Virus record (IMG/VR): IMGVR_UViG_3300047566_000267
Span: 4,126 to 68,125 of that record
Reading direction: 5' to 3' (one strand)
DNA length: 64,000 nucleotides
From: a virus
The notes below the pieces were generated by a model. That model saw nothing but the letters and a program-made list of their open reading frames with translations, searched no databases and was not told the origin of the DNA. Made by a program: the position numbers and the translations under genes. Below, piece after piece: positions 57,222 to 64,000 of this stretch (the stretch's first letter is position 1; every line of letters starts with the position of its first letter).

Positions 57222-60200
57222 ATGGATTATAATTGGCTTGAAAATGTTCCCTCATCCGTAACCCCAATTCCTGTATATCAACCTGACTTTAGTTTTCTTG
57301 CTTCAATGCAGATGAAAGCTAACCAGCAGTATGAGCAAGGACTTAAGGAAGTAAAGGGAAAATATGATGCTATTTTCAATCAACCGGTTACTGGGGAGGA
57401 AGCCAGAAAAAGGCAGCAGGACTATAAAAACAGTGCACTAGAGCAAATGAAATCTGTTGCTGCTACTGATTTGTCCGATCCTAAAAATGTGCTGGCAGCT
57501 GAGAACATAATGGCTCCTTTTCATGAGGATCAGTTGCTATTGCAGAACCAGGCACTTACTTCTCATTATAATACTCAGTTTCAAAAACTAGAATCAATGA
57601 GAACTAGTAAGGATGAAAAAGAAAGGGAACTCTACAATCCTTGGATAAGTACATATCTCAACCAAGGTTTAGACCAGCTTGCCGGGGCTCCAATGACTAA
57701 AGATGCTTATAGTAAATTAGAAAGAAGGGAAGCAATGCCTGTCTATAACATAGATACAGATGCTGCTAAAGAATGGTCTGAGATTCAGGGTAAAGGTGGA
57801 GGAATAACTACTGTTGATACAAATGGTAATTTGATGACTATTTTTACAAATGGGCCTAAATCTGTAAATGCTTATAAAGCTTTTTATAAATCTGTTGCCT
57901 CAAGAGAAAAGTATGCCCCCCAACAAAGAGCAATTGCTATTGCTCAAATGGGACAGTCAATAAAGGATATAAAGGATAAAAATCCGGGTGTAACAGAAGA
58001 GCAGGCAACAAGAATGTTTGGTGAAAATGTAGTAGAAGATGTTACTAAATATTATGCCGGCACAATAGCTGACTATAATAAAACTGCTTTAGAGTGGAGA
58101 AAAAAAAATAACTCTCTTGTACCACTTGATCCTAATGGTTGGGCAATAGATCCTGCTAATATTAAACTGTCTCCTGAAAAAGAACAGGAATATGAATATA
58201 ATCTTAAAAGAGCAAAGGAATATGCTGATCTTGCAAAACAAACACAAGATGGCTTTGAAAAATCTTATGGGGTTACTATAGGGGATAATATTAGGTACTC
58301 CTCAAACACATCGGATTTTCTAAAACTTATAGATGTTAATTCATCTGACTACAAAAGAAAAGTAGAAGACATAGTTACTAATCCAAGAGACTATGTAAAA
58401 AGTATTTCTACAGACCATGATGCAGATAGGTGGGCAGTAGGTAGAGCATCTATATCAAGTGTGGAGTTTAAAGAGAACCCTATTGCAAAAGCTTTTAATG
58501 AACAATCTAACAAGCTTTTTGACCAGCAGCTTAAAATAGCACAGTTTCAGTTAGGAGCACAACAGAAACAAACAGGTCTTGATATTAAATTACTTGATGA
58601 ACTTCGGAAGTCCGGGTATCCTATAACTAAGGAATTACTAGACCAATTTGATCTCACCGGAGAAGGTATTGGAGTTGGTGGAGGAATGCTTGGGGCTGCT
58701 ACTGGTTTTGGGGGAGTAGGTACTGGAGGAGGAGGTGGACTAAGAGGCCCCGCTATGCCTTCTATTGGATCAGGTACAGTCACTATACCTGGTACGGATG
58801 TAGTAAAAACTCCTACATTAGATGTACACAGGGCCACCCAAGCTATGTCTATGTACACCATAAACAAGACAGCTTTTGGTATGGACGGTATATTACAAAT
58901 GGCCAGTGACAATGTAGTTGTAGGCGGGCTATCTGCACCTGATTTACAGTTGCTTAGTCAAGATTTACAAAATTCTCTTGTCACAGGTAAATATGATATG
59001 TCCTCTGATGCTATTCAAAGGAGACAAAAAATAGTCAAAATACTGAATGATAATGGCCTGCAACAGTATACTACAGATGGTACACAAACCGGCCCCAACC
59101 AGTTAAGGCAAGGATTGTCTGCTCTTATTCATCAAGATAGTACATCTTCTTTTTTCCAAACAGTTGATACTGCAAAAACTGCTATGATTATTAAAATAGC
59201 ACAGCAGAACCAGGAGATGGAGAATGAAATGGCTAATTATGTAAAGAGGGAAACTGAGTACAAAAATAGACTTGTAGAGTTTATAAATAATGATAAAACA
59301 GGTGTATATAAAAAGTTGACCTACAAAAAAACAAATGATTTTTATACTCCTCAAGATGCCGCAGAAGCATTTAATCTTCCTACTATATCTATTAGTGCAT
59401 TAGGAAATCCTCGAAATACAAGAACTATTACAGGAGATGAGTTTGCAAAGCTATGGGCAGATAAGAATCTTAATTTAGATATAGGAAGAGGTACAATTAA
59501 TTTGGATGGAAAAGAGTACCAAGTAAATAATATAAATGGTTTTAGGTATACCAGTACACCTGCTACGTTTCCCGTAACTGAACCTACTACAAGAACTCCA
59601 TATCATGCAGTAGTAGACTTGGATCATGTACTACATGGTAAAGATCCAGTTTCTTTTACTGGAGCACAAGGAAAACCTTTGCCTTATAATAACAATATAA
59701 AAGCAAGAATACAAGATGGGCATTCTTTTTATTCTGTATTTGGTACACCAGGTAGTTATAAAGAGAAAATAGCAAAAGTAGGGCAAAATGTTGTAGGAGA
59801 AATGTCAGAATACAAAACAGGTGTTTCTGGTGCAGCACTTACCTATGACATGTCCGGAGAAGGTAAAGACATAAATCCTATACAAAAAGCAACTGGTATT
59901 ATTGTCACAAAGGAAGCACTTATACCTACTAACCATGAAAAAGTATATACTGTAGATGATGATAACAAAATGAAAGATGTAGTCTCTACAGAAGTAAAAA
60001 AAGCATTAGAAGATAATGCTTTTACCGGTACAATAACCAAACTTATTAAGGGTACATCTTTTCATCAATATGGTCCGAATGGTACACCAGCTGTAGAACT
60101 TGTTTTTCAAGACAAAGAAAAAGGAGATGACAAGTTAGAAGTGGGGGGAGTATCTTATGAAAGTCTTAAAGGCCTTAAAAAAATATGGTTAGACATTAGT

Positions 60201-60656
60201 CCTACAGCCAAAGGTTCATACATCACACAACTTCCCCAGGCCCAAATGAGTTATAGGTATGGGCAGTTGTTTTATGATCCTAATGGTCTGGAGCAAAGTG
60301 ATTTTGAAAAAAATGCAGGCTTTCAATACAAGATGTTACCTGACCAATCAAGTAAAGATCCTGTTACAGGTAGGTATACAAGAATGAATATGTATACCAT
60401 GCAGTGGGAATTAAATGATGATGGTAGCATTAAAATGGAAAATGGTCTTCCCAAGTTTGAAAAGAACTGGACAACAACACCTATTAATCTTATGGTAGGT
60501 GATAGAGCCATGAGCCCGGATGAATTATACCAAAAGAAAAATAACTGGATTAATGGAGAGCTTACTAAAAGAGCTATTCTTCAACAAAACCACCAAAGTA
60601 AACCACCTACAGAAGGTGGAAGATCAGTAGCAGATATTGAAAAACAATTCAAATAA
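57222..60656 (+). CDS. large cargo/ejection protein
   Basis: YQPDF N-terminal motif, helical N-terminus, Gly-rich hydrophobic mid segment; ATG at 57222 preferred. Confidence 0.75.
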   Translation: MDYNWLENVPSSVTPIPVYQPDFSFLASMQMKANQQYEQGLKEVKGKYDAIFNQPVTGEEARKRQQDYKNSALEQMKSVAATDLSDPKNVLAAENIMAPFHEDQLLLQNQALTSHYNTQFQKLESMRTSKDEKERELYNPWISTYLNQGLDQLAGAPMTKDAYSKLERREAMPVYNIDTDAAKEWSEIQGKGGGITTVDTNGNLMTIFTNGPKSVNAYKAFYKSVASREKYAPQQRAIAIAQMGQSIKDIKDKNPGVTEEQATRMFGENVVEDVTKYYAGTIADYNKTALEWRKKNNSLVPLDPNGWAIDPANIKLSPEKEQEYEYNLKRAKEYADLAKQTQDGFEKSYGVTIGDNIRYSSNTSDFLKLIDVNSSDYKRKVEDIVTNPRDYVKSISTDHDADRWAVGRASISSVEFKENPIAKAFNEQSNKLFDQQLKIAQFQLGAQQKQTGLDIKLLDELRKSGYPITKELLDQFDLTGEGIGVGGGMLGAATGFGGVGTGGGGGLRGPAMPSIGSGTVTIPGTDVVKTPTLDVHRATQAMSMYTINKTAFGMDGILQMASDNVVVGGLSAPDLQLLSQDLQNSLVTGKYDMSSDAIQRRQKIVKILNDNGLQQYTTDGTQTGPNQLRQGLSALIHQDSTSSFFQTVDTAKTAMIIKIAQQNQEMENEMANYVKRETEYKNRLVEFINNDKTGVYKKLTYKKTNDFYTPQDAAEAFNLPTISISALGNPRNTRTITGDEFAKLWADKNLNLDIGRGTINLDGKEYQVNNINGFRYTSTPATFPVTEPTTRTPYHAVVDLDHVLHGKDPVSFTGAQGKPLPYNNNIKARIQDGHSFYSVFGTPGSYKEKIAKVGQNVVGEMSEYKTGVSGAALTYDMSGEGKDINPIQKATGIIVTKEALIPTNHEKVYTVDDDNKMKDVVSTEVKKALEDNAFTGTITKLIKGTSFHQYGPNGTPAVELVFQDKEKGDDKLEVGGVSYESLKGLKKIWLDISPTAKGSYITQLPQAQMSYRYGQLFYDPNGLEQSDFEKNAGFQYKMLPDQSSKDPVTGRYTRMNMYTMQWELNDDGSIKMENGLPKFEKNWTTTPINLMVGDRAMSPDELYQKKNNWINGELTKRAILQQNHQSKPPTEGGRSVADIEKQFK

Positions 60657-60665
60657 ATAACAAAC

Positions 60666-63600
60666 ATGTCAGGTTTCTCAGACTATCTCTCATTACCAAC
60701 CAATGAGTCTAATATTGATAACACTAATGTTGTTCCTAATACTCCTAATATCCCATATCCATCTATGGAGAGTCAATCCAGAGATGTAAATAGCAGTGGG
60801 TTTGGAGACTATTTGGGACAGGAAGAGTCATTAGCAACAAAGATGGCCCCCATACCTTTTGACTGGAACAAGACTCAGGCAGAAAGATACACACAAAGCA
60901 GACATTTTGGAACTGAAGGGTTTGACCCATATGCAGCTCCTGTAACTATTGATGGAAAAATATATGATGCAAATGAGCTAAAGTATGCCGATGTACAAAC
61001 CTGGGGAGATGTATTAGGCAATGCTGTTGGTGGTGGATTTGGTCTTGCTAAAAATACTTTTGTAGAAGGTTGGAAAGGTTGGGCTAATGTAGGTGATGCT
61101 TTATTTAACTGGACAAGTGACCAGTCTTTTATGCAGAGACTTGCAGGTTCCCCTGAAGAGTTACTACAAAAAGATGAAGAGCAAAAATCTATTTTTAATA
61201 CGTTTGCTATTTATAAAAGTCCTGTACAAGAGACAGGTCTGGGTGTATTTAACCGGGAGTTTGTTGGTGATATGATACAGCAAGCCGGGTTCTCTATTGG
61301 AACAGGTGCACAGTTTTTGTCAGAAATGCTGCTTACCTGGGGAATAGGAGAAGGGTTTGGTGCTGTTGCTAAAGGTGCTGGTTGGTTAGCAAAAGGAGTA
61401 GTAGGGGCAGAAGACATAAAGGATATGATGTCTGTGGCAGAAAAAAGCAACCAAATAACTACCACTGGAGAAAAAATAAATGCCATGAGAAAAATGACAG
61501 ACCCTACTTCTATCAGGGATTTGTCTAAAAACTTATGGGGTTATACAAAAGATGCAGCATCTTGGAGTGCTGATCAATTTAAAGATGTAGCAGGAATAAA
61601 TTCTTTGCTGCAAGCAAAAGAAGCCGGGGCCTCTACTTACCAGTTGGCTGCTTTGGGAGTAGGAGGTATAACAAGAACTCTTGCTGCACTTAATACTGCT
61701 ACAACTGAGGCAAGATTTGAAGCTGCCAATACTTATGGCCAGATGTACGGGGATCTTATAAATAATTGGCAGGAAAAACATAATGGTGAATTACCTGCTG
61801 GTGGAGACCTTGACAGAATAAGAAAAACTGCTTATGCTGCAGCTACTGATAACTTTGGTGCCAATACTGGGTTATTGATGGCTTTTAATCAGCTAGAGTT
61901 TGGTAATATTATGAACAAGTTTGGTTCCTCTTCCAGACTTATGAGAGAAGCACTTGAAAAAGGTGAGGGGGAAATATATAGTATTACAGGTAAATTGAGA
62001 AGAGGTATCCCAGGTGCAGTTGAAGGTGCTGGTTTAAAAGAAGGCCAAAAAGCTACACAGGCTTATGTAAAGGGGGCCTTTGGTGCTCTTTCTAATTTTA
62101 ACCAGATAAGAAAAGATTTTGGCCTTGGTACTGCTTTGTGGCAGGTAGGGAAAAGATCTGGTAAACTAGAAACTTTGGAAGGCCTGCAAGAGATTCTTCA
62201 AAACACCTCTGACAATACATTTAGAGATTACTACAAGAATCTTTATGATGGTGGAAAAGATATACAAGGCAACAGTTTATTAAAAGACATCACTGCCGTT
62301 GATTGGAGCAAAGGATTGCAGTCTCAGTTAAGTATGGAGGGCTGGCAGACATTTCTTATGGGAGCTGCTACTGGATTATTTATAAATCCTATGCAAGCCG
62401 GAGTTATGCAAAGTTTCAGAAAAGCAAATGCCGGTATTAACTCTCAATATAAAGGAGAAGTAGATGCCCATAAAAAGATGCTTCAGGACAGCCAAAATAT
62501 TCTTAACACCTGGTACAATGATCCAAAGAAAGCTTTGGCAGAACATATTGCCGGCATAAAAGTACAAGGAAAAGCTGATCATAATATAGCAGGTGCCTTA
62601 GCCGATGGTGATAAATATGAGTTCAATAATGCAAAAGATGATGCTTTTACCAATGCAGTAGCAGTTGCTATTAAAACAGGTAACTATGAATCATTCAGAG
62701 ACAGTATTAAAGAGTTTGGGGAACGTCTTACAGATGAGCAGTTTGAAGAGGCTTTTGGATTAAAAGCCACCGGTGAGAGTAAGGTATCTGCAAAAGCATA
62801 TACTGAGTCCATAGTTCGTGAGATAGAAAAGTACCATGACACTCATGCAAAATTAATGGATGAGTTTGGGTATCTTGTACAATCTGAATTGTATGTACAT
62901 GATCCTAAAGAGTATGCAAAAGCAAGAGTGGCTAAAAGGTCTCTTGATGAGGCAATTCAGTTACTTGCTACTACTTCTTATCATGCAGATAAAACTATAC
63001 AAAGAGCAGTAGATTTAAGAGCTCAGGCAGCTGCTTTACCTTCCTTAGGTTCTTCTGCTAATAAAACATTTGAAATACTAGGAAATATTCCAAATGCAGA
63101 ATATGAATTAGGGCAACTCAAAGAACAGCTTCAAAACTATAAAGGGCTTAAAGGTGACAAGGATATATCTGCTCAGATTACTAGTACAGAGGAGCAGATT
63201 AAGCACCTTGAGCAATGGATAAGTAATTATAAAATTCTTCAGGATTATAAGGCCAAAGGAACAGAAGAAGCTGCTAGAAAAACCACTCCTTTTGTACAAG
63301 GAGATACTGGTATGTACAATGCTATGCAAAAAATGATGGATGCACATAATGGTTATATGCAAGCTATCAATGCACAGTTTACCAAAGCTGCACCTATAGC
63401 AGATAAAAGAGAGATGAGAAAAGCATTTGATCTTCTTATGGACTATGATAAACTTAATAGGGATCATGGTAATTATGTAAGTGCTTTAAATGTTATTTCT
63501 GACCCCAGGGGTTTTGGGCTTCTTTATAACAAGATGAAAGATGCCATGCTTGCTGCACTTGCAGATTTACATGATAAGCATATGAAAGAAGTTAAAAACA

Positions 63601-64000
63601 GGGTATCTGCTGCAACAGGTGTACCTGTGGAAGAACTTGAGGGAGAGGTAAAAAAAGAAACAAAGGTAGAAGAGGAACTTACTCTTCCTGTACCAAATGA
63701 AGTTTTACAGAGTTTGATTAGTTATTATAGTCAACCTGAATATATTGCTACAGCTCCGGGTAGCTATGGTCTTAACCCTAAAAGAATACTGTCAGAAGAG
63801 GTTCAAAGCTGGTTAAAGGAAAATGGTGACTTGGAAAACAAGCTTGATAAGTTGTATGATGTGAGTAAAAAAGGAGTACTGACAAGTGCTGAAGTAGAGG
63901 CAGTAGTAAAAGAACATTTTACTGAAGAAGAACCGGAGTCAGAGGAAGATAAAGCAGATAGACTTGCTAGAGAAAAATCTATTGCAAAAGCTGCTGAAAA
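60666..64000 (+). CDS. very large cargo protein, 3'-truncated by the window (virion RNA polymerase locus expected here or downstream)
   Basis: ATG at 60666 (MSGFSDYLSLP...); the frame appears open to the window end, which explains its absence from the ORF track; Gly/Ala-rich hydrophobic segments. Confidence 0.75.
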   Translation, partial: MSGFSDYLSLPTNESNIDNTNVVPNTPNIPYPSMESQSRDVNSSGFGDYLGQEESLATKMAPIPFDWNKTQAERYTQSRHFGTEGFDPYAAPVTIDGKIYDANELKYADVQTWGDVLGNAVGGGFGLAKNTFVEGWKGWANVGDALFNWTSDQSFMQRLAGSPEELLQKDEEQKSIFNTFAIYKSPVQETGLGVFNREFVGDMIQQAGFSIGTGAQFLSEMLLTWGIGEGFGAVAKGAGWLAKGVVGAEDIKDMMSVAEKSNQITTTGEKINAMRKMTDPTSIRDLSKNLWGYTKDAASWSADQFKDVAGINSLLQAKEAGASTYQLAALGVGGITRTLAALNTATTEARFEAANTYGQMYGDLINNWQEKHNGELPAGGDLDRIRKTAYAAATDNFGANTGLLMAFNQLEFGNIMNKFGSSSRLMREALEKGEGEIYSITGKLRRGIPGAVEGAGLKEGQKATQAYVKGAFGALSNFNQIRKDFGLGTALWQVGKRSGKLETLEGLQEILQNTSDNTFRDYYKNLYDGGKDIQGNSLLKDITAVDWSKGLQSQLSMEGWQTFLMGAATGLFINPMQAGVMQSFRKANAGINSQYKGEVDAHKKMLQDSQNILNTWYNDPKKALAEHIAGIKVQGKADHNIAGALADGDKYEFNNAKDDAFTNAVAVAIKTGNYESFRDSIKEFGERLTDEQFEEAFGLKATGESKVSAKAYTESIVREIEKYHDTHAKLMDEFGYLVQSELYVHDPKEYAKARVAKRSLDEAIQLLATTSYHADKTIQRAVDLRAQAAALPSLGSSANKTFEILGNIPNAEYELGQLKEQLQNYKGLKGDKDISAQITSTEEQIKHLEQWISNYKILQDYKAKGTEEAARKTTPFVQGDTGMYNAMQKMMDAHNGYMQAINAQFTKAAPIADKREMRKAFDLLMDYDKLNRDHGNYVSALNVISDPRGFGLLYNKMKDAMLAALADLHDKHMKEVKNRVSAATGVPVEELEGEVKKETKVEEELTLPVPNEVLQSLISYYSQPEYIATAPGSYGLNPKRILSEEVQSWLKENGDLENKLDKLYDVSKKGVLTSAEVEAVVKEHFTEEEPESEEDKADRLAREKSIAKAAE

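Noticed and set aside
460-63467. Many 60-200-aa ORFs antisense to or overlapping long genes in the ORF track
   Set aside because: They overlap well-supported genes and have atypical composition; treated as non-coding shadows.
7984-64000. Stop-codon reassignment as in some crAss clades
   Set aside because: Core genes are full length in code 11; TAG and TGA end genes normally (e.g. 28402, 35677, 57087, 22872); no suppressor tRNA seen.

Overview
64 kb segment of a crAss-like (Crassvirales-type) phage with a Bacteroidota host. The assignment rests on gene order and on TTTG-N18-20-TAnnTTTG promoters; the genetic code is standard. Bases 1-7900 are a leftward, RNA-rich accessory arm: the 5' part of a tmRNA, a 259-nt structured RNA with a circularly permuted, anticodon-less tRNA-like domain (Y RNA/YrlA-like), small hypothetical genes, and a non-coding stretch with a near-consensus parS site. 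Bases 7984-64000 are the rightward morphogenesis arm: HU/IHF-like, GroES, PD-(D/E)XK nuclease, three glycosyltransferases, TerL, portal, MCP, a free-standing LAGLIDADG endonuclease, ring and auxiliary capsid proteins, a Gly-Thr-Ser repeat fibre next to a GT4 enzyme and an Aah/TibC-type O-heptosyltransferase, Cys-rich structural proteins, tail tube and muzzle proteins, a ferritin-like protein, and large cargo proteins (the last runs off the window). Most notable: (1) the permuted tRNA-mimic RNA with its upstream protein and the nearby tmRNA; (2) a probable fibre O-glycosylation cassette; (3) cargo proteins built from modules separated by xxxGG motifs; (4) strong CCGG enrichment with other CG contexts depleted; (5) a parS site. 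Protein family calls come from motif recognition and synteny, not database searches.
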